This document shows, in pieces, positions 33,140-44,121 of a DNA stretch of 64,000 bases. The position numbers were made by a program, and so were the translations under genes. This stretch comes from an uncultured Bacteroides sp. GTDB taxonomy: Bacteria; Bacteroidota; Bacteroidia; G022818785. The notes under the pieces were generated by a model, which saw only the letters and a list, made by a program, of their open reading frames with translations, was not told the origin of the DNA and did no database searches. Position 1 is the first letter of the stretch. Each line of letters opens with the position of its first letter. The stretch is taken from the NCBI GenBank assembly GCA_964620755.1, contig CAZUHH010000003.1, positions 2,944 to 66,943 of the forward strand, given 5' to 3'.

Positions 33140-33913
33140 ATGAATAGTATTAACAAACCAATCAATAAAATTCTTATTGGACATGAATATCCCAAAAATA
33201 TAAAAAATCCTTATAGTATTTTAGAAAAAAAATATAATCTAAAAGTAGATTTTAAACCTTTAATTAGATTAGAAGAATTATATATTGATAAATATAAAGA
33301 TCAATATATATTTGCAAAATATGAATTTACAGCTATAATATTTACAAGTAAAATTTCAATAGATTTTTTTTTTAAAAAATGTTCTAAACTTAAATATTGT
33401 GTTGATATTAATATGAAATATTTTTGTACAACAGAATCTATAGCTTTATATTTAAAGAAATATATACAGTATAAAAAAAGAAAAGTTTTCTTTGCAAAAA
33501 ATTCATATAATGATTTTTTAAATATAATAGACAAAAATCATGAAGAAATATTTTTATATCCATGTTCTAATATTTGCAATAATAGAATATTTAACAGTAT
33601 AATTAAAAAAGGTTGTATAATAAAAAAAATCATTATATATCAAAATTTATATAATGATTTATCTGATATGAAATGTTATTTTTATGATATTATAGCTGTT
33701 TTTACACCTTTAAGTATAAAATCATTGATTAATAATTTTCCTGATTTAAAAAATAAAAATATTAAAATTGCTGCTTTTGGCGATAAAACACATGAAGCTG
33801 TTATTAATGCAGGTCTATCATTAGACATTAAAGCTCCTACCAAATTTTTACCATCTATGATAATGGCTTTAGAATTATATATAAAAAATATTAATTTAAA
33901 TAAAAAATGTTAA
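33140..33913 (+). CDS. hemD: Uroporphyrinogen-III synthase (HemD) family protein, Bacteroidota type
   Basis: 257 aa. Motifs MKYFCTTESIALYLKKYIQYKKRK and IAAFGDKTHEAVINAGLSLDIKAPTKFLPSMIMALELYI match the Bacteroidota HemD-like family that pairs with DUF4271. Confidence 0.55.
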   Translation: MNSINKPINKILIGHEYPKNIKNPYSILEKKYNLKVDFKPLIRLEELYIDKYKDQYIFAKYEFTAIIFTSKISIDFFFKKCSKLKYCVDINMKYFCTTESIALYLKKYIQYKKRKVFFAKNSYNDFLNIIDKNHEEIFLYPCSNICNNRIFNSIIKKGCIIKKIIIYQNLYNDLSDMKCYFYDIIAVFTPLSIKSLINNFPDLKNKNIKIAAFGDKTHEAVINAGLSLDIKAPTKFLPSMIMALELYIKNINLNKKC

Positions 33914-35601
33914 GGGATTATACTTGTAATGATTTAAATACTAATCATATTAATCAATTTGTAACTTTATGTGGATGGATAAATAAAGTGAGAATTTTAC
34001 CAAAAATTATATTTGTTGATTTAAAAGATAGATATGGAATAACTCAATTAATTTTTAGTGATAAAATTGATAAAAAATTATATGTAATAATACGTCATTT
34101 GAATTTAGAATCTGTTATAAAAATATATGGAAAAGTTATTGAAAGAAAAAATAAAAACTATAAAATTAATACTGGATTAATAGAAATTATAGTCTATAAA
34201 CTTGATATCATAAATAAATCTTTAATATTTCCATTTGAACTTGATAATTACAGTGATAATAATGATGATTTAAGATTTAAGTATAGATATTTAGATCTTA
34301 AATCAAATTATTTATATAACAATATATATACAAGACATGAAATATATCATATAATAAGAAATTTTTTTTACAAAAATAATTTTATTGAAATTGAAACACC
34401 ATATTTAATAAAATCAATTCCAGAAGGAGCTAGAAATTTTATAATTCCTAGTAGAATTTATAAAAATGAATTTTATGCTCTACCTCAATCACCTCAAATA
34501 TTGAAACAATTACTAATGATATCAGGATATGATAAATATTATCAAATTGTTAAATGTTTTAGAGATGAAGATTTAAGAAGCGATAGACAACTTGAATTTA
34601 CACAATTAGATTGTGAAATGTCATTTATAGAAGAAAATGATATAATGAAATTAATTGAATTATTAATATTTAATATATTTGATTATACAAAATCATATAA
34701 AATAAATAAATTTTATCATATGACGTATGATGATGCTATCAAATATTATGGCACTGATAAACCTGATTTAAGATTTGATATGAATTTTATATATTTTAAT
34801 AAAATATTAAATAATAATAATGGATATTATATTGGTTTTCGTATTGACAATATAATCAATTCAATATCTGAAGATAAGTTGAAAAATATTATCTTATGGA
34901 TTAAAAAATTTATTAGTAATGAATATAATTTAATATATATAAAATATGATTTTGATAAAAACTTATATAAAGCAGTTAATTTTGATATTAATAATATAAT
35001 ATTAGAAAAATGCATTCATATTTCTAATATGAACAAAAATGATATATTAATAATATTATTTAGTAATAATAATATCAATATAATAAGAAAAACATTATCT
35101 GTTATACGAATTAAAATAGGTAATATAATGGAATTAAATAATAATAATATTTTTAAAGCTGTTTGGATAACTGATTTTCCATTGTTTAAATGGAATAATA
35201 ATAAATGGGAATCTGTACATCATATGTTTACTGCACCAAAAATGTCAGATATAAATAAATTATATGTCAAATCCGAAATATGTAATATAAAATCAAGAGC
35301 ATATGATATTGTTATTAATGGAATAGAAATCGGTGGAGGCTCTATCAGAATTCATCATAAAAATATTCAAAAAAAAATATTAGAAATTCTTGCTATAGAT
35401 GATAAAATAGTAAATAATAATTTTAAATTTATGTTAGATGCATTAGATTATGGCGCTCCACCCCATGGAGGCATAGCATTAGGTATAGATAGATTATGTG
35501 CTCTAATTGCAGGATGTAATAGTATAAAAGATGTTATAGCCTTTCCTAAAACTAATGCTGCTAAAGATTTAATGATGAAAAGTCCAGATTTATTGATTTA
35601 A
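33907..35601 (+). CDS. aspS: Aspartyl-tRNA synthetase
   Basis: 564 aa; class IIb motifs FRDEDLRSDRQLEFTQLD and GGGSIRIHH...GLGIDRL. Confidence 0.9.
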   Translation: MLRDYTCNDLNTNHINQFVTLCGWINKVRILPKIIFVDLKDRYGITQLIFSDKIDKKLYVIIRHLNLESVIKIYGKVIERKNKNYKINTGLIEIIVYKLDIINKSLIFPFELDNYSDNNDDLRFKYRYLDLKSNYLYNNIYTRHEIYHIIRNFFYKNNFIEIETPYLIKSIPEGARNFIIPSRIYKNEFYALPQSPQILKQLLMISGYDKYYQIVKCFRDEDLRSDRQLEFTQLDCEMSFIEENDIMKLIELLIFNIFDYTKSYKINKFYHMTYDDAIKYYGTDKPDLRFDMNFIYFNKILNNNNGYYIGFRIDNIINSISEDKLKNIILWIKKFISNEYNLIYIKYDFDKNLYKAVNFDINNIILEKCIHISNMNKNDILIILFSNNNINIIRKTLSVIRIKIGNIMELNNNNIFKAVWITDFPLFKWNNNKWESVHHMFTAPKMSDINKLYVKSEICNIKSRAYDIVINGIEIGGGSIRIHHKNIQKKILEILAIDDKIVNNNFKFMLDALDYGAPPHGGIALGIDRLCALIAGCNSIKDVIAFPKTNAAKDLMMKSPDLLI

Positions 35602-36011
35602 AACGGAAGATCATTTTCTAACGAGTTATTTTGATTATTTTCTAATAAATCATTATCTTTTATATTGTTATCATCATTTTTTTTACCTAGCATAACAATT
35701 TTATCTGCTATAATTTCAGTTATATATTTTTTTATATTGTTAGTATTGTCATTCCATGAACGAGTTTGTAGTTTACCTTCAATATATACTAATTTACCTT
35801 TACATAAATATTTTTCTGCAATTTCTGCTAGTTTTTTCCAAGTAACTATATTATGCCACTCTGTATTTGTTATTTTTTGTTTTTCTTTAGAATAAAAAGT
35901 TTCAGAAGTAGCTACTGAAAAATTAGCTTTTAAAGTTCCATTATCAAAATGTTTAATTTCTGGATCTTTACCTAAATATCCCACTATTATAACTTTATTA
36001 ATACTTGACAT
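35598..36011 (-). CDS. ssb: Single-stranded DNA-binding protein
   Basis: 137 aa OB fold with acidic C-terminal DLPF tail. Confidence 0.9.
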   Translation of the reverse strand: MSSINKVIIVGYLGKDPEIKHFDNGTLKANFSVATSETFYSKEKQKITNTEWHNIVTWKKLAEIAEKYLCKGKLVYIEGKLQTRSWNDNTNNIKKYITEIIADKIVMLGKKNDDNNIKDNDLLENNQNNSLENDLPF

Positions 36012-36196
36012 TGTAATATAATTTTATTATTAAATATAACTTTTATACATATATATAAATATATGATATTATATTTACAATAAAATATTAATATTTATAA
36101 TTTAATTAGTTATTTTTCGTTAAATTAGATTAGTTTATATTATAATGATAATATAATAATAATTCATTTTATAATACACATAAAAACTATTTTGTT

Positions 36197-36286
36197 ATGC
36201 CAAGTGGTAAAAAAAGAAAAAGACACAAAATATCCACCCATAAAAGAAAAAAACAATTAAGAAAAAATAGACATAAAAAGAAATAA
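36197..36286 (+). CDS. 29-aa highly basic micro-protein, bS22-like (candidate small ribosomal protein)
   Basis: ORF MPSGKKRKRHKISTHKRKKQLRKNRHKKK in the ssb-rng intergenic region. Composition and the K/R/H pattern resemble the small ribosomal protein bS22 (Actinobacteria/Bacteroidota). Confidence 0.4.
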   Translation: MPSGKKRKRHKISTHKRKKQLRKNRHKKK

Positions 36287-36354
36287 AACTTTATGATTTA
36301 TACTATAATTCCAGGATATATTGATATATTATCAATTATTTACATTTATTTAGT

Positions 36355-37920
36355 ATGCAAAGTGAATTATTAAATGAATTATTTATTCAGAATGATAACT
36401 CAATAAATAGTATAGCATTATTACAGAATAAAAAATTAGTAGAAATTCATAATGAAAATCTTAGTAATAATTATTCAGTAGGTGATATTTATATAGGTAA
36501 AATAAAAAAAATTATGTTAAGTCTTAATGCTATATTTATAGATATAGGTTATCATAAAGATGCATTTTTACATTATCATGATTTAGGTGCTAATATTTTC
36601 ACTTTTTTATATTTATATGATAAATTTAAAAAGAATAATAATTACAATAATAATTTTCTAAAAGATATTAATTTTAAAGATCCTATAGATAAAAATGGTG
36701 TTATAAAAAATATATTTAATGTAAATCAAATTATACCAGTACAAATAGTAAAAGAACCAATTGCTAATAAAGGACCTAGACTTAGTACACTAATTTCTAT
36801 AACTGGTCGTTATATAATTTTATTTCCTTTAAATAATAATATTTGCATTTCAAGAAGAATTATCAAAGAATCAGAAAGATATAGATTAAAAAATTTAATT
36901 ACTCGAATATTACCCAAAAATTTTGGAGTTATTATAAGAACTATAGCAGAAAACAAAAATTATTCAGATTTAAAACAGGATCTTGATTTTTTATTGAAAA
37001 AATGGGAATCATGTGTTAATAATATGAAAAATTCTTTACCTAAAACAAAAATAATAGGGGAATCTAATCATATTTCTATTGTATTAAGAGATATTTTAAC
37101 ACCATTTTTATCTTCAATTTATGTTGATAATAATGTAATATATGATCAAGTATTTGATTATGTTAATAATGTATCACCGAAACAAAAAAATATTGTAAAA
37201 TTACATAAAGAAAATGTACCATTATTTGAAAAATTTGGAATTAATAAACAAATAAAAAGTTTATTTGGATCTTATGTTTATATTAATGGTGGATCATATA
37301 TTGTAATTGAACATACAGAAGCTATGCATGTAATTGATGTAAATAGTGGATATAATAATAGTAATATTGATCAAGAGGATAACGCATTACAAGTTAATTT
37401 AGATGCTGCTAAAGAAATAGCTAGACAATTACGATTAAGGGATATGGGAGGTATTATTGTAGTTGATTTTATTGATATGTACAAAGTAGATAATAAGAAA
37501 ATTATTTTTGATAAGTTAAAAGAATATATGATTCCAGATAAGGCTAAACATACAATTTTACCTTTAAGTAAATTTGGAATTATGCAAATTACACGACAAA
37601 GAATAAAACCAACTAAAAATATTAGCACAATAGAAAAATGTCCAAGTTGTAAGGGTAGCGGCCAAATAGAAGCTAGTATATTAATAATAGATGAAATCTA
37701 TAATAAATTATCATTTATTCTTAAAGAAAAAAAGTATTATAGTATATCTATTCATGTGCATCCTTATATTAAATCATACTTAAGTAATGGCTTTTTATCT
37801 ATTCGTTTAAAGTGGATCTTTAAATTTAAAGTTTTTATATATATAAAATCTTTTTTTAAATATCATATTAATGAGTATTATATATATGATAATATTTTAA
37901 ATAAAAAAATACTTATTTAA
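36355..37920 (+). CDS. rng: Ribonuclease E/G family endoribonuclease
   Basis: 521 aa; N-terminal S1 domain, catalytic core with HVIDVNSG and GGIIVVDFIDM, Zn-link CPSCKGSG. Confidence 0.85.
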   Translation: MQSELLNELFIQNDNSINSIALLQNKKLVEIHNENLSNNYSVGDIYIGKIKKIMLSLNAIFIDIGYHKDAFLHYHDLGANIFTFLYLYDKFKKNNNYNNNFLKDINFKDPIDKNGVIKNIFNVNQIIPVQIVKEPIANKGPRLSTLISITGRYIILFPLNNNICISRRIIKESERYRLKNLITRILPKNFGVIIRTIAENKNYSDLKQDLDFLLKKWESCVNNMKNSLPKTKIIGESNHISIVLRDILTPFLSSIYVDNNVIYDQVFDYVNNVSPKQKNIVKLHKENVPLFEKFGINKQIKSLFGSYVYINGGSYIVIEHTEAMHVIDVNSGYNNSNIDQEDNALQVNLDAAKEIARQLRLRDMGGIIVVDFIDMYKVDNKKIIFDKLKEYMIPDKAKHTILPLSKFGIMQITRQRIKPTKNISTIEKCPSCKGSGQIEASILIIDEIYNKLSFILKEKKYYSISIHVHPYIKSYLSNGFLSIRLKWIFKFKVFIYIKSFFKYHINEYYIYDNILNKKILI

Positions 37921-38770
37921 ATATTCTTTTAATATGATAATCTACTAAATTATTAATTGGTGATTTAATAATTTTATTTACTTGCATGTTATATTTTAAA
38001 GAAACTTTAGATAAAATTTTTCTAAAGCTATATCCTACTGATCCTACACAATTAAATTTATAATTTGAATAATTATAATATTTAGAAACTATATTATCAA
38101 AAAAATCAATAAATGATGTTTCAACTAAATTTTCAGTATATTTTATATCACAATTATTATCATATAAAAATTTACTGAATTGACTTAAAAAAAGGTTACT
38201 CATTTTCTTTTTAAAAAGAATTTCTAAAATATCATTATTATTTAATTTATAAGTTTGATAAAAAATATTGGATAGTTCTTTTGGCATTAAATTACGCATA
38301 TAATCTCTTAAAACTTTTTTACCTATATATGATCCACTACCTTCATCTCCAAAGAAATAACCTAGTGAATCAATATTAAACTTAATATTATTACCATCAT
38401 ATATACAAGTATTGGTACCAGTCCCTAATATTGCAACAAAGCCTAATTTTGTTCCTAAAAGAGCATAAGATGCTCCTAACAAATCATGATCTATATATAC
38501 TTCAGATTTAGAAAAATAATTTTGAATTGCTGCTTTTAATATATTTTTTTGAACATTGAAATTAGCACCTGCACCATAATAATAAACTTTCGTAATTTTA
38601 AATCTATCATAATAATTAATAGAAATATTATTATTCATAGATTGATATATTTCATCACTACTCATAAAATAAGGATTATAACCTATAGTATTAAAATATA
38701 TTTTTTTGTATGATTCTGTAATTAAACACCAATTAGTTTTAGTAGAACCTCCATCTGCTATTATAATCAT
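37913..38770 (-). CDS. BadF/BadG/BcrA/BcrD-type ATPase (N-acetylglucosamine kinase-like)
   Basis: 285 aa; N-terminal IIADGGSTKTNW and ILGTGTN ASKHA-fold motifs. Confidence 0.6.
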   Translation of the reverse strand: MIIIADGGSTKTNWCLITESYKKIYFNTIGYNPYFMSSDEIYQSMNNNISINYYDRFKITKVYYYGAGANFNVQKNILKAAIQNYFSKSEVYIDHDLLGASYALLGTKLGFVAILGTGTNTCIYDGNNIKFNIDSLGYFFGDEGSGSYIGKKVLRDYMRNLMPKELSNIFYQTYKLNNNDILEILFKKKMSNLFLSQFSKFLYDNNCDIKYTENLVETSFIDFFDNIVSKYYNYSNYKFNCVGSVGYSFRKILSKVSLKYNMQVNKIIKSPINNLVDYHIKRIFK

Positions 38771-38792
38771 AAAAAAATATAGTGTATAAATT

Positions 38793-39878
38793 TTAATTTA
38801 TTGCTAATAACCAATTAAAAGAATCATTAATTTCACCATAAAAAATATTATTTAAATACGACAAAATTTTATTAGAAATAGAATTATTATTTTGTAAAGG
38901 CAATCTATACATAATATTATTATGATTTATTTTTGATATATAGGTTATTGTAGCAGCAGTACCAACTGCAAATGCTTCTGATAATTCATTATTATTAATA
39001 TGATCAATTAATTGATTAACTGTTATGTCTACTTCTTTAACTTTAATATTTAGCATTTTACTAGCTATTTTTAATACACTATCTCTTGTTATGCCACTTA
39101 ATAATGTATCTTTATTTTGTGTTATAGGGGTTACAATAGTATTGTTAATAACAAAAAAAATATTTGCAGTACTTAATTCTTCTATATATTGATGTTTATT
39201 AGAGTCGGTCCACAATATTTGATCAAACCCTTTATTAATTGCTTTTTGTGTTGGATATAATGAAGGTCCGTAATTACAACCTGATTTAATATGCCCAATT
39301 CCTCCTTTAGCTGATCTAGTATATTGAGTTTCTATTTTTATTGTTAAAGGTTTTTTATAATATAAGTTACAAGGCATGCAAAAAATTATAAATTTATAAT
39401 TTTTAGATGGTTTTATACCTATTTCTTTATCAGATGCAAACATGAAAGGTCTAATATATAATGAATATCCTTTTTTATTATATATCCAATTTTTATCTAT
39501 ATTCACTAATTTAGTAATAGCATTTATAAAAATGTCTTCTTTAATTTCAGGCATACACATTCTTTTTGCAGATTTATTAAATCTTATCCAATTATCTCTT
39601 GGTCTAAATAACACTATTTTATTATTGATCGTTTTATATGCTTTTAATCCTTCAAAAATTGTTTGTCCATAATGTAGTGCTGTCATACTAGGCGAAATAC
39701 TAATATTACCATAAGGAATTATTTTCATGTTATTCCAACAATTATTTTTAAAATTTGTAATAAACATATGATCAGTAGTAATTTTACCAAATATTATATT
39801 GTCAAAATCAACACACGATAATTTTGATTTTTTAACATTAGTAATAGAAATTATATTTTTTTTGCTACTATTACTCAT
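38793..39878 (-). CDS. ilvE: Branched-chain amino acid aminotransferase
   Basis: 361 aa fold-type IV PLP enzyme; ...TDHMF...YGQTIFEGLKAY... Confidence 0.85.
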   Translation of the reverse strand: MSNSSKKNIISITNVKKSKLSCVDFDNIIFGKITTDHMFITNFKNNCWNNMKIIPYGNISISPSMTALHYGQTIFEGLKAYKTINNKIVLFRPRDNWIRFNKSAKRMCMPEIKEDIFINAITKLVNIDKNWIYNKKGYSLYIRPFMFASDKEIGIKPSKNYKFIIFCMPCNLYYKKPLTIKIETQYTRSAKGGIGHIKSGCNYGPSLYPTQKAINKGFDQILWTDSNKHQYIEELSTANIFFVINNTIVTPITQNKDTLLSGITRDSVLKIASKMLNIKVKEVDITVNQLIDHINNNELSEAFAVGTAATITYISKINHNNIMYRLPLQNNNSISNKILSYLNNIFYGEINDSFNWLLAIN

Positions 39879-39989
39879 AATTATATTATTTTAAAGAATA
39901 CAAAGAAAATTTAAATACATTATTACAATGCAAATAGGTTATATACAATATATAAAAAACCCATACATATTACAATAGATATTTAACTA

Positions 39990-40073
39990 TGCCCCGAATC
40001 GGATTCGAACCGATAAACCTTTTAAAGTGCTACCCCCTCAAGGTAGTGTGTATACCAATTTCACCATCGAGGC
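39990..40073 (-). tRNA. tRNA-Leu (anticodon GAG), long variable arm
   Basis: Reverse complement GCCTCGA-TG-GTGAAATTGGTATACAC-ACTACC-TTGAGGG-GGTAG...GGTTCGAATCC...TCGGGGC-A. Confidence 0.8.
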
Positions 40074-40082
40074 AATTATTAA

Positions 40083-40403
40083 TTATAAAAATCCTAGTTC
40101 AAGTTTAGCTGCCTCACTCATCATATCTTGCTCCCAAGGTGGATCAAAAACAACATTTACAATAACATCTTTAATATTTTTAACATTATTTTTAACAATT
40201 TCTTTGACTTCATTTGGTAATGTTCCAGCTACTGGACAAAATGGAGAAGTTAATGTCATGGTTATATCAACATTTAAATTATTATCAACATTAATATTAT
40301 ATATCAATCCTAAATCATAAATATTAACAGGAATTTCAGGATCATAACATTTTTTAATAGCACTAACAATATCTTGATAAATTTCATTATTTATATTCGT
40401 CAT
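40083..40403 (-). CDS. sufT: SUF-system Fe-S assembly protein, DUF59/MIP18 family (SufT-like)
   Basis: 106 aa; YDPEIPVNIYDLGLIY...SPFCP... signature; last gene of the suf cluster. Confidence 0.7.
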   Translation of the reverse strand: MTNINNEIYQDIVSAIKKCYDPEIPVNIYDLGLIYNINVDNNLNVDITMTLTSPFCPVAGTLPNEVKEIVKNNVKNIKDVIVNVVFDPPWEQDMMSEAAKLELGFL

Positions 40404-40847
40404 TTATATATTGTTTTTATTATTATATAATTCTGCATGTTTTTTTATTTGATAAATCATACTCTTTAATCCATTAGACCTTTGTGTACCTATAATAGTA
40501 TATATATTAATATTTTTAGTAAAATAAATATTAGCATGAATTATATCTTCAGGAGTTTGTTTATCAAAAATACTTACTAATAAACTTATTAATCCTTTAG
40601 TAAATATAGAATCACTATCAGCATAATATTTGATTCTATTAAATTTTATTATTTTAGAAATAAGCCATACTTGAGATTGACATCCATAGATTAAATTTAC
40701 ATTATTTTTATATTTAATATCAAGTTTTGGTAATTTTTTTCCTAAATCCATAATATAAAAAATTATACTTTCAATATCATTTTGAAACATAGAAAAATTT
40801 AATATTATGTTATCCTGTATTTCATTTATACTTTTTATCATAAACAT
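40404..40847 (-). CDS. sufE: Cysteine desulfuration sulfur acceptor SufE
   Basis: 147 aa; conserved active-site region GCQSQVWL. Confidence 0.75.
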   Translation of the reverse strand: MFMIKSINEIQDNIILNFSMFQNDIESIIFYIMDLGKKLPKLDIKYKNNVNLIYGCQSQVWLISKIIKFNRIKYYADSDSIFTKGLISLLVSIFDKQTPEDIIHANIYFTKNINIYTIIGTQRSNGLKSMIYQIKKHAELYNNKNNI

Positions 40848-42082
40848 ATACGCTTAATTATATTATTAATAGCATTTATACAATAATCAATTTCATATTT
40901 TGTATTATATATTCCTAAAGATATTCTGCAAGTTCCTATAATATTATAAAATTTCATAAGTGGCATTGCACAATGATGTCCAGATCTTATAGCTATACCT
41001 TTAGTATCTAAATAAATACTTATATCCGTATGATGAATGTTTGAAAAATAAAAAGATAATATACCCGTTTGTGAATTTATATCGTTGATATTTCCTAATA
41101 TTTTAATATTTTTGATATTATACAATTTATTATACATGTAATTATGTAATTCTCTGATATATTTATTTATAGTATTAATACCTATGTCATTTAAAAAATT
41201 AATTGATTCTTTAAATGCTATAATTCCTGCAATATTAGGTGTTCCTGCTTCAAATTTATAAGGGATATCTGCATATTTACTTTTATCATAAAATACATCA
41301 TTAATCATTGAGCCACCTCCTTGATAAGGATTCATAATTTTTAAAATATTATTTTTCCCATATAAAACACCTACTCCTGTAGGTCCATACATTTTATGAG
41401 CAGAAAATACTAAAAAATCACAATTTATATCTTTGACATTTATATTAATATGAGATACTGATTGTGCGCAATCAATTACTGTTATAGCTCCTACCTTATG
41501 TGCCATATTAATAATTTCTTTAATAGGGCTTATAGTTCCAGTAACATTAGAAATATGAGTTATAGATACTATTTTAGTTTTAGAATTTAGCAATGTTTTA
41601 TATTTATCTAACATTAACTGTCCATTTAAATTTAATGGAATAAATTTCAATTTTAATCCAATATTTTTAGCTATAATTTGCCATGGGACTATATTAGAAT
41701 GATGCTCTGCAACACTTAAAATTATTTCATCACCGTATTTTAGGTTGTAATATCCATATGATTGTGCTATAATATTTATACCTTCAGTAGCACCTTTTGT
41801 AAAAATTATTTCATTAAAATTGTCAGCATTAATAAATTTTTTTACAGCTATACGAGTTAATTCATAATTATTTGTAGTAATAGTTGATAACGTATGTAAC
41901 CCCCGATTTATATTAGCATTATAATTACTATAATAGTTACTTATTGAATCAATAACTTTATATGGTTTATGTGTAGTTGCAGCATTGTCTAAATATATTA
42001 ATGGATGATTATTTATTTTTGTTTGTAAAATAGGAAATTGAGATCTTATATTTTCAACATTAAAAACATCTATATAATTCAT
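40838..42082 (-). CDS. sufS: Cysteine desulfurase SufS
   Basis: 414 aa class V aminotransferase; PLP-Lys SAHKMYGPTG and catalytic RSGHHCA. Confidence 0.9.
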   Translation of the reverse strand: MNYIDVFNVENIRSQFPILQTKINNHPLIYLDNAATTHKPYKVIDSISNYYSNYNANINRGLHTLSTITTNNYELTRIAVKKFINADNFNEIIFTKGATEGINIIAQSYGYYNLKYGDEIILSVAEHHSNIVPWQIIAKNIGLKLKFIPLNLNGQLMLDKYKTLLNSKTKIVSITHISNVTGTISPIKEIINMAHKVGAITVIDCAQSVSHININVKDINCDFLVFSAHKMYGPTGVGVLYGKNNILKIMNPYQGGGSMINDVFYDKSKYADIPYKFEAGTPNIAGIIAFKESINFLNDIGINTINKYIRELHNYMYNKLYNIKNIKILGNINDINSQTGILSFYFSNIHHTDISIYLDTKGIAIRSGHHCAMPLMKFYNIIGTCRISLGIYNTKYEIDYCINAINNIIKRICL

Positions 42083-42087
42083 AATAT

Positions 42088-43353
42088 TTACAAATATTTA
42101 TTTATTATACTTATTAATTTATCTTGTAAATTTTTATCTAATTTAAAAACGATTTCATTAATATATGCAATTAATAATAAATAAATAGCTTTTTTATAAT
42201 TAATACCACGAGAATTTAAATAAAAAATCATATTTAAATCTAATGAATCACTTGTAGCGCCATGACTACATTTTACATCATCTGTAAATATTTCTAATAT
42301 AGGTTTTATATAAGCATGACTATCGTCATTTAATAAAATATTTGCATTATATTGATATGCTAATGTTTTTATAGCATTTTCAAAAACTTTTATTTTACCA
42401 GTAAATACACTTTTACCTTTATTATCTAATATACCTTTATATAATTGATTACTTAAATTGTTAGGTTTTATATGATTAACATTAACATAATTATTAATGT
42501 ATGTATTATCTTGTAATGCTGTATATATACCATTAATATTACTATTACAATTTTCTCCATTTAAATCAAAATGTAATTTATTATAAAGAAATTCATTATT
42601 AAATTCTATCATATTGGTAATTACTGAAGAATTAGATTTTTGTTCAATATATATATTATCAGTATGATATATATTATCTTTAATAAGATATAATCTTGTA
42701 TATTGAGTATTAGTATTTTCATTAACTAATAATGACGTATGATCATTAATTAAAATAGGAAAATTGCTTTTTCCTTCAAATGTTTCTACAATATTAACTT
42801 TATATTTAGTATTAACAATTATTATTTTTTTTGGAAAAATAATCTTATAATCATTTATATTAGTATATATATTATGAATAAATATAGGTCTATTGACATT
42901 AACATCTTTATCAATATCTATTACTATATAATTATTATTAAATAATGTATTTAATAATACTAATATATCATTATTAATTTTATAATTTTTTAAATAGCAA
43001 TATGAAGCATTATCTTTTACATTTAAATATTTAATTATAAATTTATTTTTGTGTGAAAATGTTTTAACATAATTACCGTTAATAAAAAATAAATGATATC
43101 CAAATATATCATTAAATACAGACCTATTAAATAGAGCATTAAATGAATTTTCAATACTGTAATTATTACTCAATTTATAAGAGTATTGAAAAATTTTTTC
43201 ATTAAGAATACAATTATTTTTATTTCTAAAATCACTTGATTGTATATATTCTACAGTAAATTTTTTTATATCTCTAATTGATTTATTATAATTATCATAA
43301 TTAATATTGTTTATATAATTATTTATTATATTTTCTAAAATATACTTATACAT
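42088..43353 (-). CDS. sufD: Fe-S cluster assembly protein SufD
   Basis: 421 aa; C-terminal SufB/SufD beta-helix region; position between sufC and sufS. Confidence 0.8.
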   Translation of the reverse strand: MYKYILENIINNYINNINYDNYNKSIRDIKKFTVEYIQSSDFRNKNNCILNEKIFQYSYKLSNNYSIENSFNALFNRSVFNDIFGYHLFFINGNYVKTFSHKNKFIIKYLNVKDNASYCYLKNYKINNDILVLLNTLFNNNYIVIDIDKDVNVNRPIFIHNIYTNINDYKIIFPKKIIIVNTKYKVNIVETFEGKSNFPILINDHTSLLVNENTNTQYTRLYLIKDNIYHTDNIYIEQKSNSSVITNMIEFNNEFLYNKLHFDLNGENCNSNINGIYTALQDNTYINNYVNVNHIKPNNLSNQLYKGILDNKGKSVFTGKIKVFENAIKTLAYQYNANILLNDDSHAYIKPILEIFTDDVKCSHGATSDSLDLNMIFYLNSRGINYKKAIYLLLIAYINEIVFKLDKNLQDKLISIINKYL

Positions 43354-43355
43354 CT

Positions 43356-44102
43356 TTATATTTTGTTTTTTATAAATTCATAACCATATTTTTCTAAATC
43401 TAATGCAAGATTTTTATCTCCAGACATAACTATTTTACCATTGTTCATAATATGTACATAATCTGGGATAATATAATTAAGTAAACGTTGATAATGTGTG
43501 ATTACAATAAAAGACTTTTCGGGACTTTTAAGTTGATTAATACCATTTGCAATAATTTTCAATGCATCAATGTCTAATCCAGAATCTGTTTCATCTAAAA
43601 TTGATAAAATAGGAGATAACATAATCATTTGTAAAATTTCATTTCTTTTTTTTTCTCCACCAGAAAATCCTTCATTTAATGATCGTTTTAATAAATTAAA
43701 ATCAAAATTTATAAGTTTAGATTTTAATTTTAAAATTTTAATAAATTCAACTCCATCATATTCTTTTTCATTTCTATTTTTTCTAATTTCATTAACTGAA
43801 GTTCTTAAAAAATTCATCATACTTAATCCTGGAATTTCTATAGGATATTGAAACGCTAAAAATATACCTCTATATGCTCTTTCTTCAGGAGTCATATTTA
43901 TTATATCCTCTCCATGAAATTTAATAAATCCATTTTTAATATCATAACCTGGTTTGCCAGCTAAAACAGCAGACAAAGTACTCTTGCCAGATCCATTTGG
44001 CCCCATAATAGCATGTATTTCATTGGGATTAATTTTTAAATTAATACCTTTTAATATCAAATTATCATTAATACTTACTTTTAAATCATTAATTACTAAC
44101 AT
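43356..44102 (-). CDS. sufC: Fe-S cluster assembly ATPase SufC
   Basis: 248 aa ABC ATPase; [27 protein letters not shown]. Confidence 0.9.
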   Translation of the reverse strand: MLVINDLKVSINDNLILKGINLKINPNEIHAIMGPNGSGKSTLSAVLAGKPGYDIKNGFIKFHGEDIINMTPEERAYRGIFLAFQYPIEIPGLSMMNFLRTSVNEIRKNRNEKEYDGVEFIKILKLKSKLINFDFNLLKRSLNEGFSGGEKKRNEILQMIMLSPILSILDETDSGLDIDALKIIANGINQLKSPEKSFIVITHYQRLLNYIIPDYVHIMNNGKIVMSGDKNLALDLEKYGYEFIKNKI

Positions 44103-44121
44103 ATTTTATTAATTTTTAATA

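Noticed and set aside
36012-36196. Possible small ncRNA (for example 4.5S or 6S) in the large ssb-rng spacer
   Set aside because: The sequence is almost pure A/T with no GC-containing helices or conserved SRP/RNase P motifs. The spacer is better explained by divergent promoters plus the bS22-like micro-ORF.
40027-40320. 97-aa plus-strand ORF
   Set aside because: It overlaps tRNA-Leu and the well-conserved sufT gene on the opposite strand, so it is spurious.
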